Positions 29,327-40,017 of a stretch of 64,000 bases of DNA are shown in pieces; the first letter of the stretch is position 1, and every line of letters begins with the position of its first letter. This DNA comes from Nitrososphaeria archaeon. GTDB lineage: Archaea; Thermoproteota; Nitrososphaeria; Geothermarchaeales; JDFR-13. The DNA lies in the NCBI GenBank assembly GCA_027078545.1, contig JALWXN010000004.1, forward strand, positions 256,001-320,000. The letters run 5' to 3'. Under the pieces are notes generated by a model, which saw only the letters and a program-made list of their open reading frames with translations, did not search any database and had not been told where the DNA came from. The translations under genes and the position numbers were made by a program.

Positions 29327-30188
29327 TTGCCACCTTCACCATCCGGGTGATGTTCATGTCCTTGTTGAATACTATGAACTGTGCGTATAGGTCTGATCTA
29401 TACACCTTTACTGGGGTGTCCCAGTCGACGTCTGTAGCTATCTGTCCGTCTAGGATAACTGCTGGGCTGCTCCTCGACTTGTCGGCTGTCAGTACTACTG
29501 TGTGTCTGGTGCTTACTACGTAGGATGGTATCTTGCTGATTGGGGTTAGTGGCGTTATTATCATTACCTCTAGGTCGGTGTCCACGGCTGGGCCTCCAGC
29601 GGCGTAGGAATATGCCGTGGAGCCTATGGGTGTAGCCACCAATACTCCGTCTGACTTTACGCTCCATAGGGTGTGGGCCCTCCCCTTTGTGTATAGTTGT
29701 ACGATGGGTTTTATCGTCTTCCCGATGTTGGAGCTGTGGTATGAGATCTCGTTGAGTATTGGTGGTGTCTTTAAGCCTCCTATCTCCACCTCTAGCCTCA
29801 TCTCCTTCCTTATGTAGAACCGGTTCTTTAGGAGGTCGTCGATATGCCTCTCCAGGTTTGAGGGGGTGGTTGAGGATATGAAGTTTTTCTCGCCTAGGCC
29901 TATTGTTAGGAGGGGTGTCTCCTTATCCTTTATGCCTAGTAGGGCTCTGAGTACTGTTCCGTCGCCTCCGATTACTATCGCTATGTCTCCCCTGGCTGTG
30001 AAGAGGTGGTGGGGAATATCCCTGGGGTGTATCATGCCCTCGGGGAATATCCCGCTTAGGTCTACCATGTCGAGTATTTCTATACCCGCCTCCTCTAGGC
30101 GGCGCTCCAGGTCCTCTATTATCTCGTGTGTCCTCCCGTCTCTTGAGCCGTATATTATGCTTACGGTGTGTATCACGGGCTTCGTCAT
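29316..30188 (-). CDS. nadK: NAD kinase
   Basis: GGDGT, LNE, DGVLVATPIGSTAYSYAAGGP. Confidence 0.95.
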   Translation of the reverse strand: MTKPVIHTVSIIYGSRDGRTHEIIEDLERRLEEAGIEILDMVDLSGIFPEGMIHPRDIPHHLFTARGDIAIVIGGDGTVLRALLGIKDKETPLLTIGLGEKNFISSTTPSNLERHIDDLLKNRFYIRKEMRLEVEIGGLKTPPILNEISYHSSNIGKTIKPIVQLYTKGRAHTLWSVKSDGVLVATPIGSTAYSYAAGGPAVDTDLEVMIITPLTPISKIPSYVVSTRHTVVLTADKSRSSPAVILDGQIATDVDWDTPVKVYRSDLYAQFIVFNKDMNITRMVKVASER

Positions 30189-30271
30189 CAGTTAATATGT
30201 ATTGATATCTCGGAATTAACTGCTCTTCCTCGCCGGGTTTATTAGGCCTCCGACTGGTAATATTGATTAAC

Positions 30272-30670
30272 ATGAGTATTGACTACAAGGATCTAGGAGA
30301 GTTGAAGCGTGGTAGCTACGTGATTATAGATGGTGAGCCCTGTAAGGTTATCGAGATCACTAAGAGTAAGAAGGGGAAGCATGGTAGTGCACAGGCGCGT
30401 GTGGTGGCTATAGGGCTATTCGATGGTGTTAAGCGTAGCATTGTGGGTCCCGTCGATAGTAGGGTTGAGGTACCCATTATCAAGAAGGGTAGGGCCCAGG
30501 TAGTCGCTGTGACTGACTCGATCCAGCTCATGGATCTGGAGACCTATGAGGTGTTTGAGGCCCAGCTACCGGAGGAGGAAGAGCTTAGGGAGAAAATGGA
30601 GCCTGGCGTGATTGTCGAGTATTGGGACTTCATGGGTAGGAAGAAGATTGTTAGGGTTCGTCCAGAGTAG
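30272..30670 (+). CDS. eif5a: translation factor aIF5A
   Basis: Hypusine motif [12 protein letters not shown]. Confidence 0.96.
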   Translation: MSIDYKDLGELKRGSYVIIDGEPCKVIEITKSKKGKHGSAQARVVAIGLFDGVKRSIVGPVDSRVEVPIIKKGRAQVVAVTDSIQLMDLETYEVFEAQLPEEEELREKMEPGVIVEYWDFMGRKKIVRVRPE

Positions 30671-30689
30671 TGGGTGTTGTTAGGGGGAG

Positions 30690-31724
30690 ATGCCTCTAAG
30701 GGTTATCGACGGCTCCTATGGAGAGGGTGGTGGGCAGATCCTCAGGTATGCTGCCCTCTACGCACTTGTGACGGGTGATGAGACCCATATACTGCGTATA
30801 CGGGCTAATAGGCCTAACCCTGGGCTTAGGCCGCAGCACTATACCCTCCTCAAGATTATGCTTGACATGTTTGGTGGTAGGGCTGAGGGGCTTTCGATCG
30901 GCTCTACCCAGGTTAGGCTGATGTTTAGGGGTGTGAAGGCGGTCCATGGCACCTATAACATCGGTACTGCTGGTAGTATCTCCCTGATTATCCAGGCGTT
31001 GGCCCCCGCCCTGGCTCTCGCTGACTCCACCTCTGATCTGGTATTGATTGGGGGGACAGATGTTAGGTGGAGCCCACCGATAGACTATATGAGGTATGCA
31101 TATACCTCTCTCCTCCGGCTTGCTGGTGTGGAGGCTAGGATAGAGGTTTTGAGGAGGGGTTTCTATCCGAAGGGTGGTGGGAAGGTTAGGATAGTTGTTG
31201 AGCCTGGTGAGTATAGGAGGATTGATAGGCCTAGGAGGGATGAGCTTAGGCGTGTACTGATATCTAGCGTGGTGTGTAGACTTCCTAGGCATGTGTTGGA
31301 GAGGCAGTCGAGAGCAGCTATGAACCTTCTGAGGGGTAGGCTTGGCGATGTGGAGCTTGAGGTTGTTGACCAGATGTGTGGTGATAGTCTTGACCCTGGT
31401 ACCTCTATAGTGGTTCTCGGTGATGATGGTGTCTTGATGAATGGTGGTGACTCCTTGGGTGAGAGGGGTAAGCCTGCGGAGAGGGTGGGTGAGGAGGCGG
31501 CTAACCAGTTTCTTGGATGGTGGGCATCGGGGGCCTCTATGGATAGGCATCTAGGAGACATGGCTATACCCTTGGCCGTCCTGGCGGGGTCTGGCGAGTT
31601 CTCCCTGGAGGATTTTACTAGGCATATGGAGTCTGCACTGTATGTGTCTAAGACCTTCTTCGAGGATCTTAAGCATGAGCTTGTGAGGCTTGGGAGGGCC
31701 TATCTACTTAGGATGTCTCGGTAG
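30690..31724 (+). CDS. rtcA: RNA 3'-terminal phosphate cyclase
   Basis: DGSYGEGGGQILR, RPNPGLRPQH, GGTDV.WSP, RRGFYPKGGG, catalytic DRHLGD. Confidence 0.95.
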   Translation: MPLRVIDGSYGEGGGQILRYAALYALVTGDETHILRIRANRPNPGLRPQHYTLLKIMLDMFGGRAEGLSIGSTQVRLMFRGVKAVHGTYNIGTAGSISLIIQALAPALALADSTSDLVLIGGTDVRWSPPIDYMRYAYTSLLRLAGVEARIEVLRRGFYPKGGGKVRIVVEPGEYRRIDRPRRDELRRVLISSVVCRLPRHVLERQSRAAMNLLRGRLGDVELEVVDQMCGDSLDPGTSIVVLGDDGVLMNGGDSLGERGKPAERVGEEAANQFLGWWASGASMDRHLGDMAIPLAVLAGSGEFSLEDFTRHMESALYVSKTFFEDLKHELVRLGRAYLLRMSR

Positions 31725-32719
31725 TGTCTTAGGATCCTCTCCTCCACCAGTTTCTTGAGCCTGTCTACTCCCTGGCCCGTGGCTAGTGATATCTTGATGA
31801 GGCTGTCTCCATGTAGCTCGTTGGCCCTCTTCAGGTATTCCTCATGGGGTATATCCATCTTGTTGGCTATTGGGATGATCTTCTTGTCTGGGAATGCCTC
31901 CATTATCTCTCTTAGGATGTTGTACTGCCTCTCTATGGGGTAGTAGGCATCCCTGGATATGTCGTAGATGTATAGGATGTCTCCGACGAGGTTTCTAAGT
32001 GCGGCTATAGCCTTTAGCTCTATCTCGTTGCGGTCGCTCATCTCCCTGTCTAGGAGTCCCGGGGTGTCTATTATCTGTCCCCTCACGGGCCCTACCTCGA
32101 TGTGTCCCACGTGTATATCCTTGGTTGTGAAGGGATATGACGCGGTCTTGGTCTTGGCGGTTGATAGGGTGTTTACCAGTGTGGATTTGCCGGTGTTGGG
32201 TGGGCCGGCAACTATGAATGTGGGTTTATCAGGGTCTATCGATGGTAGTCTCCTTGCATATTTATACAGTCTTATCACGTAGTCCATGTCCTCGGCCGCC
32301 CTGTGTAGGAATGTTGATATCTTTCCCTGTCCCACCCTCCTCCACTTCTTCATCTCGTCTGGGTCTTCCTCCGACAATATCTTGTTGATGTATTCATCCC
32401 TGATCTCTTCTATGGCTTTGACTATCCCTAGGAATCGTTTATGTATCCTCCTGATCTCCTTCTCGTCGAAGTATAGGTTTATGAGGTCACGGTAGAAGGG
32501 ATCTGCCTCGAAGTATGCGTCTAGAATTTTTATCGCCCTGTTTATGTGTGTCAGGACGGTTCTAGCCAGTACGGATACCCTTGTCTTCTCCCTCTTACGG
32601 GCGGTCTCCACCTTCCCCTTATATGGTATCTTGTTTGCTTCTCGGGAGGCTCTTTTGAAGGCTATGTCCTCCACCTCCCTCATCGGCTGTGGCGGTTTTA
32701 GCTTCTCCCATGGATTCAT
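31700..32719 (-). CDS. NOG1-family GTPase
   Basis: GPPNTGKS, YPFTTK, DTPGLLDR...RNEIE, NKMD. Confidence 0.92.
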   Translation of the reverse strand: MNPWEKLKPPQPMREVEDIAFKRASREANKIPYKGKVETARKREKTRVSVLARTVLTHINRAIKILDAYFEADPFYRDLINLYFDEKEIRRIHKRFLGIVKAIEEIRDEYINKILSEEDPDEMKKWRRVGQGKISTFLHRAAEDMDYVIRLYKYARRLPSIDPDKPTFIVAGPPNTGKSTLVNTLSTAKTKTASYPFTTKDIHVGHIEVGPVRGQIIDTPGLLDREMSDRNEIELKAIAALRNLVGDILYIYDISRDAYYPIERQYNILREIMEAFPDKKIIPIANKMDIPHEEYLKRANELHGDSLIKISLATGQGVDRLKKLVEERILRHYRDILSR

Positions 32720-32774
32720 CTCCAAGCCCCAATTTATTTTATGTCTGGGGACTATTTGTTGGGGTGCCTGTGTA

Positions 32775-33371
32775 ATGTCGCAGTATGGTGTGGGGGGCAC
32801 GGCTATTGGTCTTAGGACTAGGGACTCTGTACTCCTGGCTACGGATAAGCTTTATCTGGCGGGTAATATAGCTTTTAGCCAATCTGCTAAGAAGCTTCTA
32901 CGTCTTACCGATAGGGTCTACCTCGCTGCTGCAGGGTTGATTGCGGATGTGCAGGGCCTGGTGAAGGAGGTTGAATATAACATCGGTACGAGGACCCTGC
33001 TTCTACAGAGGGAGATGAGTGTACGCTCCATAGCTAGGCTTGTATCGGTGATACTATATAGTAGTAAGGGTCTTCCATACTATACACAGGTCCTTGTCGG
33101 TGGGTATTCCAGGGGGCCCGAGCTATACTCATTAGACTCACTCGGATCCGTGATGGAGGATCAATATGTGGCTATAGGTACTGGTGCGGAGACTGCCCTA
33201 AGTATTCTGGATACTGGTTATAGGGAGGATCTGGGTAGGGATGAGGCTATAGACCTTGCCCTAAGGGTGTTTAGAGCTGTTACTAGGAGGGATGTCTTGA
33301 CGGGCTATACGATAGATCTCGTGTATATTACTAGTGAGGGTGCGGAGGAGTTCTCGAAGTCATTGATATAG
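32775..33371 (+). CDS. psmB: proteasome beta subunit, probably non-catalytic paralogue
   Basis: Ntn fold motifs (ATDK, AKK, AGLIADVQ, GTG, RDVLTG); N-terminus GGTAIG instead of GTTTVG. Confidence 0.9.
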   Translation: MSQYGVGGTAIGLRTRDSVLLATDKLYLAGNIAFSQSAKKLLRLTDRVYLAAAGLIADVQGLVKEVEYNIGTRTLLLQREMSVRSIARLVSVILYSSKGLPYYTQVLVGGYSRGPELYSLDSLGSVMEDQYVAIGTGAETALSILDTGYREDLGRDEAIDLALRVFRAVTRRDVLTGYTIDLVYITSEGAEEFSKSLI

Positions 33372-33389
33372 GTTTCTGGGTGGCCTGCT

Positions 33390-33998
33390 TTGAAGGGTCT
33401 TGCCGAGCTGCTTAGGGATAGTGTGGAGAGGCTTGGTAAGAGGTATGAGGAGGTGGATCCTCTCAGGGAGGAGGTTATCAAGAAGTGTAGGGACCTCCTC
33501 TCCACTGTGAGGAAGGGGTTTGGATACGCCTATAGGGGGGACTATGGAGGGCTGTCCGAGACTGTCTCGAAGGCGACTGGTATTGTGGGGGATATCCTCG
33601 GCTTGATAGAGGCGAATAGGGAGTATCGGGAATATCTTGTCCGGGTCGCGGGGGATGCTATGAGGGAGTATGTGGAGCTCCTCCTCCTTGACCGATGGCT
33701 TAGTGGCGGGGGTCTCGACCTCTCTCTCCTGGGTAGGATGGAGCCTACATGGATAATCGAGGGTGTGAGGGATTTTGCGGGTGAGGTTCGTAGGTTCTCC
33801 CTCTCATGGCTTATTAGGGGTAGGTGTGAGGATGTATATGCCTCTATAGAGCTGTTGGAGGAGTTGGTGGCGATCCTCTCCTCGTATATGGTGCCTAGCT
33901 ATATCTATTCCGGGTATAAGAAGGATCTAGACTTCGTCAAGAGGATGTTGGATAATCTGAAGTCGGAGTATATTGATGTGTGTGGTGGTGGTAGGTGA
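33390..33998 (+). CDS. translin/Trax (C3PO)-family protein
   Basis: REEVIKKCR, EYVE, G..DFAGE.RR motifs. Confidence 0.8.
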   Translation: MKGLAELLRDSVERLGKRYEEVDPLREEVIKKCRDLLSTVRKGFGYAYRGDYGGLSETVSKATGIVGDILGLIEANREYREYLVRVAGDAMREYVELLLLDRWLSGGGLDLSLLGRMEPTWIIEGVRDFAGEVRRFSLSWLIRGRCEDVYASIELLEELVAILSSYMVPSYIYSGYKKDLDFVKRMLDNLKSEYIDVCGGGR

Positions 33999-34675
33999 AT
34001 CTGAGGCTGGCCAGGACATACCTGGTGGATCTCTATAAGCTTGGGGCTGGTGAGAAGTATATCAAGGTTCCTACTAGTGAGCTCGCCGCCTTCTTCGGGG
34101 TTAGCCAGCAGAGTGCGTCTAGGATATTGCAGGAGCTTTTCGAGATGGAATTGATTGATAAGCGTAACGTGGATAGGACTCTCTGGGTTAGGCTTACTGA
34201 TAAGGGGCTTGCCGAGGTTGATGACTATATAAGGTATATTAATGATGCTTATGAGAGGCCTGGGAGGTTCTTCTTCAGGGGTGTCGTGGTTACTGGCCTG
34301 GGTGAGGGGGCTTACTACATGAGTAGGAAGGGGTATGTGATCCAGTTCGAGAGGCTATTGGGCTTCACCCCGTATCCAGGCACGTTGAATCTTAAGCTTA
34401 ACGAGCCGTACTATGTCTATCAGAATAGGCTTCTACGGAAGCTCCGGGGCCTGCATATAAAGGGCTTTAGGACGAAGGAGAGGGTGTTTGGTGATGTGCG
34501 GGCCTTCAGGGCGTTGATACAGTCTAAGATTGAGGGTGCCGTGATATATGCTGAGAGGTCGATATATGGGTTCGACATGTTGGAGGTTATCGCCCCAGTG
34601 TATCTGAGGGATGCCTTGAAGCTTAGGGATGGGGATGTTGTGGAGGTTGAGGTCTATATAAACGAGTCTCGGTAG
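33995..34675 (+). CDS. ribK: CTP-dependent riboflavin kinase with N-terminal wHTH (RbkR-type)
   Basis: GVSQQSASR HTH; GLGEGAYYM, PYPGTLN, EVIAP.YLR. Confidence 0.93.
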   Translation: MNLRLARTYLVDLYKLGAGEKYIKVPTSELAAFFGVSQQSASRILQELFEMELIDKRNVDRTLWVRLTDKGLAEVDDYIRYINDAYERPGRFFFRGVVVTGLGEGAYYMSRKGYVIQFERLLGFTPYPGTLNLKLNEPYYVYQNRLLRKLRGLHIKGFRTKERVFGDVRAFRALIQSKIEGAVIYAERSIYGFDMLEVIAPVYLRDALKLRDGDVVEVEVYINESR

Positions 34676-35253
34676 AGCTCGACTATCCTCCTCTTAATCT
34701 CAGTTGTCTTTACACCCTCGACCTCTAGGTTGATCCTAACTATCTTCCTGCCGCGTAGCACGTCTATGTCTATGCCTGGTGGGAGGGTCTGGTCATACCC
34801 CAGTATTATTATGTCTGGCTGGACTATCCTGATCGGCTTTGTAAAGTCTTCCTCGTCGCCCAGTATGGCTAGGTCTACATATCTGACTGCTGAGACCACC
34901 TCTCTCCTGTCCTCCTCACTGTTCACCGCCTTCTTCCCCTTTAGTTTGAGGACTGTGGCGTCTCTGGCAATGATTACTATTAGGGCGTCTACCAGCTTCC
35001 TCGCCTCCCTGAGGGTGTAGATATGTCCCTTGTGTAGTATGTCGAATACCCCTCCTATAACGCCTATCTGGATGCTTCTCCTCCCTTCTGGTGTGAGTCT
35101 TCCACGGTATAGGAGCCCCTTCTCCTCTAGGCGTGAATATACCTCGTTGTTTATGCTACATTGTGGCTGGTATTCTATCCCTAGCCTGTTGGCGAGGCTT
35201 TTGAGGTATATTCTTGCGAGGACGGTCTTCTCCTGCTGTGAGACGCTCTCCAT
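34654..35253 (-). CDS. ribL: FAD synthetase (cytidylyltransferase fold) with N-terminal extension
   Basis: GVFDILHKGH, ARD, LGYDQ; adjacent to ribK. Confidence 0.82.
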   Translation of the reverse strand: MESVSQQEKTVLARIYLKSLANRLGIEYQPQCSINNEVYSRLEEKGLLYRGRLTPEGRRSIQIGVIGGVFDILHKGHIYTLREARKLVDALIVIIARDATVLKLKGKKAVNSEEDRREVVSAVRYVDLAILGDEEDFTKPIRIVQPDIIILGYDQTLPPGIDIDVLRGRKIVRINLEVEGVKTTEIKRRIVELYRDSFI

Positions 35254-35257
35254 TTGG

Positions 35258-36022
35258 TCAGTCCCTCAAGAGATACTCTATATACTCCATCTCCGTAAAA
35301 TGTGGCTTGGCTGTCACGATTATTATGGAGGGCTCGCTACCCATGTTGCTGGGTATGTTCCCCGGGTTTCTATATGCATCTATCCTCTGCCTAGCCGTCC
35401 CGAGGGAGGTTAGGACGATTATTATGTGTTCAGGCTTCTCGAGTAGGGAGGCCGCCTCGGGGTCTTGTAGGAGTATGTCTACCGCCTCTCTAGGCTGCAT
35501 CATGTATCCTGTCTCCGCGTCATACTCGAGGAAGTATAGTGTGTGTAGCCCCCTCTCGAGATTGGAGACGAGTATCTCTATGTTCCTCCTGTTCATCTCT
35601 AGCCCTCCCCTAACCAGTGTTCCTGAGGCCCCAACCCTGTATATGTCTAGGCCCGCCTCTCCAACAGCTGCTGTGTAGGATGATGCGTTGTGGTATACCC
35701 TGGTCTCGACACCGTTTCTCCTCGCCTCTATTAGGATTGCCTTATGGGTCGTGGCTATCAATGGGTCGCCGTAGACGAGTATGAGGATGTCTTCTTCCCT
35801 CGCCTCCTCGATTATATCCCTAATCCCATCCTCCAGGTCTCTCCTCCTTAGTGGTATGGGCCTCCTACCAGCTAGTAGCTTCTCTAGCTCATCATGGCTA
35901 TAGGGGAGGGGGCTTGTATATGTCTCTAGGTAGATCTTTGAATAGTTGTGGATCTCCTCAACCACCTCCCTTGGTAGTGTTGGTCTCTCTGATATCCCCA
36001 TGCCGGCCAGTATTAGTGTCAA
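35258..36022 (-). CDS. dphB: diphthine synthase
   Basis: YLETYTS, GDPLIATTH, HNAS, GLHTL. Confidence 0.93.
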   Translation of the reverse strand: MTLILAGMGISERPTLPREVVEEIHNYSKIYLETYTSPLPYSHDELEKLLAGRRPIPLRRRDLEDGIRDIIEEAREEDILILVYGDPLIATTHKAILIEARRNGVETRVYHNASSYTAAVGEAGLDIYRVGASGTLVRGGLEMNRRNIEILVSNLERGLHTLYFLEYDAETGYMMQPREAVDILLQDPEAASLLEKPEHIIIVLTSLGTARQRIDAYRNPGNIPSNMGSEPSIIIVTAKPHFTEMEYIEYLLRD

Positions 36023-36080
36023 GGCCTGATCCCCCGTATAATCCTAAAATAGGTGGTTTGTGGTTAGTGATATTTGGTCG

Positions 36081-36233
<153 letters not shown>

Positions 36234-36375
36234 ATAACCGGTCTCCATAGTGTATCGTTGCTCAGGGTTTGTGGGGGTAAGATTTATATATTTACCCACC
36301 TTGTAAATTTATGACACCATGCTGGCATATCATATTAACTGGTTGGTGGGTCGTCCCTGGGGGGTGTAGAGGTAG

Positions 36376-36645
36376 ATGCCGTCCTCTGAGAATGAGCTTG
36401 ATGAGAAGCTTAAAAAGATTATTCTGAGCCATAGGCTCGTGCCTGAGCATAGGGTTCTCTCTAAGGAGGAGGCCCAGAAGGTCATTGAGAAGTATTGTGG
36501 TGGGGATAAGTATAAGCTTCCATACATCAGGAAGAGTGACCCGATCGTTAAGGCCCTCGGGGCGAAGAAGGACGACGTGATCATGATTATCCGTAGGAGC
36601 CCCACCGCCGGGGTATCTGTATACTACAGGTTGGTGATAGGATGA
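36376..36645 (+). CDS. rpoH: RNA polymerase subunit Rpo5 (H)
   Basis: [27 protein letters not shown]. Confidence 0.96.
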   Translation: MPSSENELDEKLKKIILSHRLVPEHRVLSKEEAQKVIEKYCGGDKYKLPYIRKSDPIVKALGAKKDDVIMIIRRSPTAGVSVYYRLVIG

Positions 36646-39600
36646 AGAGGCTGGACATCAATAGGTATCTGGTCTATAAGAAGCATGACTATGATACTTG
36701 GCCGGTTATTAAGGCTATGCTCAACGAGTTCGGCCTTGCTAAGCAGCATATAGATTCGTATAACGAGTTTGTCGATACGATCCTGAAGGAGATTGTGGAG
36801 GAGAATAGTACGATACGTGTCCCTGGTGAGCAGGGGGAGTGGATATTCCAGATTGAGGAGGTGTGGGTTGAGCAGCCCAGCACCAAGGATATCCGTGGGG
36901 CCTCGATCACTAAGCAGCATGGATATATCCCATCTGTCTGTAGGCTCCAGGGGTATTCATACTATGCCCCTATAAAGGCTAGGTTTAAGAAGATCACTGG
37001 TACCACGTCTACGGAGGAGGTTGAGCTTGGATATCTCCCTGTGATGGTAAAGTCTAAGATATGTTATCTACATGGAGAGTCTAGGGAGAACCTTATAAAG
37101 CTTGGTGAGGATCCTGATGATCCTGGTGGATACTTCATTATAAATGGTAGTGAGCGGGCCATCGTGGCTGTGGAGGATCTCGCCTCTAACACTATCATAA
37201 CCCGTGTGGATAAGTCGTCTAGTACGGTTACCTATTCCTCTAGGATGCTCTCGGTGAGGGGTAGTCTGAGGAACCATGTCGTCGTGACTTTGAAGAGGGA
37301 GTCTGCGGTCGTGACTATACCCTTCACGACTAGTGCTATCCCCTTCCCCATAGTGATGAAGGCGCTGGGTGTTGTTAAGGATGGCGATATTGTGGAGGCT
37401 GTCGCCCGTGGGGATCCTGATATCGAGGCTGTGATCCTCCCGATTGTGAGGAAGTTTAGGGAGATTAAGGATCAGGAGAGGGCCCTCCTCTACATAGGTA
37501 ATAGGACACAGGCTTCTCAGCAGCCTATGGATAGGAGGATTAATAGGGCTAGGCATATACTGGATAAGTATCTCTTCCCACACATCGGGATGGGACCTGA
37601 GTATAGGCTTAGGAAGGCCTATCTACTGGCGGAGATGGTTAGGAGGGCTGTTGAGCTTAGGCTTGGCTATAGGGAGCCTGATGATCGTGACCACTATGCG
37701 TATAAGAGGCTTAGGCTGGCTGGCCCCCTGCTGGGCCAGATATTCGCCAAGTCTCTCAAGTCGTTGATGAAGGATCTCCAGTATAATATACAGAAGAACG
37801 TCGTGAATAGGGGTAGGATAAACCTGAGGTATCTGGTGAGGGGTAACAAGATTACTCATAGGCTTACCCATGCACTGGCTACTGGTACGTGGTCTCAGAA
37901 GACTACTGGTGTTACCCAGATGCTGGATAGGACGAACTTCCTATCCACCCTTAGCCATCTCAGGAGGATTCAGAGCCCGCTTAGTAGGAGCCGTCCACAG
38001 TTCGAGGCTAGGGAGGTCCACGCGTCTCATCTCGGGCGTATATGCCCTGTGGAGAGTCCTGAGGGTCAGAACATCGGCCTGGTTAAGAACCTGGCGTTAT
38101 CGGCTGTGGTCTCTAATGAGCATCCGTCGGAGCTTATGACTGAGCTCCTCTTTAAGGAGGGTGTTATCCCTATCGAGGAGGCTCCTAGGGAGGCCTGGAT
38201 GAATGGTGCCAAGGTCTTCCTGAATGGCGACTTCATAGGGTTCGTTATGGATCCTGAGGAGTTTGTGGAGAGGATCAGGAGTTATAGGCGTAGGGGCGCG
38301 ATACCCCCTGATGTAAACATATCTCTTAGGAAGTTTGATAATGAGAAGATCCGGCCTGAGATATATGTTGAGAGTAGTAGTGCCCGTGTCTTGAGGCCTC
38401 TGATAAGGGTTGAGAATGGTAAGCCGCTCCTGACTAAGGAGCATATTGAGATGGTTAGGAATGGTACGTTGAAGTTCTCCGATCTCTTGAGGCAGGGTAT
38501 TATAGAGCTGATCGATGCTAATGAGGAGTTCAACGTCTTGACCGCCTTCTTCCCAGAGGAGTTGACGCCTGAGCATACTCATCTAGAGCTTGCTCCATAC
38601 TTCTTCCTGGGTATAACGGCGTCTATCATACCCTTTGCAGAGCATAACCAGAGCCCGAGGAACTCTTATGAGGCGGCTATGGCTAAGCAGGCCCTGGGTA
38701 TACCGGTCACTAATATCGCGCTTAGGATGGATAGTAGGGCCCATCTACTGGAGTATCCGCAGATCCCTATTGTCCAGACACGTATAACTGATATGATCTA
38801 TCTGAACGATAGGCCTATTGGTCAGAACCTCGTCGTCGCGATAATGTCTTATGAGAGCTATAATATGGAGGATGCGGTGATCATCAATAAGGCGGCTGTT
38901 GACAGGGGTCTGCTGAGATCGTTCTTCTACAAGACGTATGAGTCTGTGGCGAAGATGCATGGCGGTGGCGTGACGGATAAGTTTGAGATCCCGAGTAAGG
39001 ATAACCTCAACTATATGGGTGAGGATCACTATAGGTCCCTCGAGGATGATGGCCTCCCCTATGTGGAGGCTAGGCTGAAGAAGGAGGATGTGGTTATCGG
39101 TAAGACCGGTCCACCCAGGTTCCTTAGCGAGTTGGTCGGTAGGGAGGAGAAGAGGAGGGATAGTAGTATTACTCTTGACCAGTTCGAGGCCACTGTGGAT
39201 AAGGTTGTCCTGACCCTGAATAAGGATGGCGAGCTTACCGCGATGGTTAGGGTGAGGGAGTATAGGATACCCGAGCTGGGTGATAAGCTGGCGTCTAGGC
39301 ATGGTCAGAAGGGTGTTATTGGTCTACTTGCTAATCCCGAGGATATGCCCTACACCGCTGATGGTATCATCCCCGACCTGATCATCAATCCACATGCATT
39401 CCCCTCCAGGATGACTGTTGGCCAGTTCCTAGAGTCTATAGCTGGGAAGTATGGTGCCTTGGCCGGTAGGTTTATAGACGGCTCTCCATTCGTCTCCTTC
39501 AACTATGAGGAGCTGGCCGAGATGCTTAGGTCGGTGGGCTTCGAGTATAAGGGTACGGAGGTCATGTATGACGGTAGGACTGGGCGGAAGTTTAAGGCCC

Positions 39601-40016
39601 ACATCTTCATAGGGATTGTGTATTACCAGAAGCTGCACCACATGGTCGCTGATAAGATGCATGCTAGGGCTGTGGGGCCGATCCAGGTGCTTACCAAGCA
39701 GCCTACTGAGGGCCGTGCTAGGGATGGTGGGCTAAGGATTGGTGATATGGAGAAGGATGTCTTCCTGGCTTATGGTGCCTCCTCGATTGTTAAGGAGCGT
39801 CTCCTAGATGCGTCGGACAAGACTACAATCCTGGTCTGTACCAAGTGTGGGTTGGAGGGCTATCTAGATGCTAGGGAGAACAAGTTTGTCTGCCCTGTAT
39901 GTGGGCCTGATGCTCCGCTTGTGCCTGTAAACGTATCCTATGCCTTCAAGCTCCTTCTGGATGAGTTGAAGAGTATGACTATCTATCCCAAGCTTAATGT
40001 GAAGGAGGTGGTGTAG
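36642..40016 (+). CDS. rpoB: RNA polymerase subunit Rpo2 (B), unsplit
   Basis: [33 protein letters not shown]-terminal Zn ribbon. Confidence 0.98.
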   Translation: MKRLDINRYLVYKKHDYDTWPVIKAMLNEFGLAKQHIDSYNEFVDTILKEIVEENSTIRVPGEQGEWIFQIEEVWVEQPSTKDIRGASITKQHGYIPSVCRLQGYSYYAPIKARFKKITGTTSTEEVELGYLPVMVKSKICYLHGESRENLIKLGEDPDDPGGYFIINGSERAIVAVEDLASNTIITRVDKSSSTVTYSSRMLSVRGSLRNHVVVTLKRESAVVTIPFTTSAIPFPIVMKALGVVKDGDIVEAVARGDPDIEAVILPIVRKFREIKDQERALLYIGNRTQASQQPMDRRINRARHILDKYLFPHIGMGPEYRLRKAYLLAEMVRRAVELRLGYREPDDRDHYAYKRLRLAGPLLGQIFAKSLKSLMKDLQYNIQKNVVNRGRINLRYLVRGNKITHRLTHALATGTWSQKTTGVTQMLDRTNFLSTLSHLRRIQSPLSRSRPQFEAREVHASHLGRICPVESPEGQNIGLVKNLALSAVVSNEHPSELMTELLFKEGVIPIEEAPREAWMNGAKVFLNGDFIGFVMDPEEFVERIRSYRRRGAIPPDVNISLRKFDNEKIRPEIYVESSSARVLRPLIRVENGKPLLTKEHIEMVRNGTLKFSDLLRQGIIELIDANEEFNVLTAFFPEELTPEHTHLELAPYFFLGITASIIPFAEHNQSPRNSYEAAMAKQALGIPVTNIALRMDSRAHLLEYPQIPIVQTRITDMIYLNDRPIGQNLVVAIMSYESYNMEDAVIINKAAVDRGLLRSFFYKTYESVAKMHGGGVTDKFEIPSKDNLNYMGEDHYRSLEDDGLPYVEARLKKEDVVIGKTGPPRFLSELVGREEKRRDSSITLDQFEATVDKVVLTLNKDGELTAMVRVREYRIPELGDKLASRHGQKGVIGLLANPEDMPYTADGIIPDLIINPHAFPSRMTVGQFLESIAGKYGALAGRFIDGSPFVSFNYEELAEMLRSVGFEYKGTEVMYDGRTGRKFKAHIFIGIVYYQKLHHMVADKMHARAVGPIQVLTKQPTEGRARDGGLRIGDMEKDVFLAYGASSIVKERLLDASDKTTILVCTKCGLEGYLDARENKFVCPVCGPDAPLVPVNVSYAFKLLLDELKSMTIYPKLNVKEVV

Positions 40017-40017
40017 C

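Noticed and set aside
30696-31550. 284-aa antisense ORF
   Set aside because: Lies wholly opposite rtcA and is Pro/Thr/His-rich, as expected for a shadow of the G-rich coding strand.
32544-32800. Apparent long head-to-head overlap of the NOG1 and psmB ORFs
   Set aside because: Artefact of upstream start calls; the likely starts (32719 and 32775) leave a 55-bp divergent gap.
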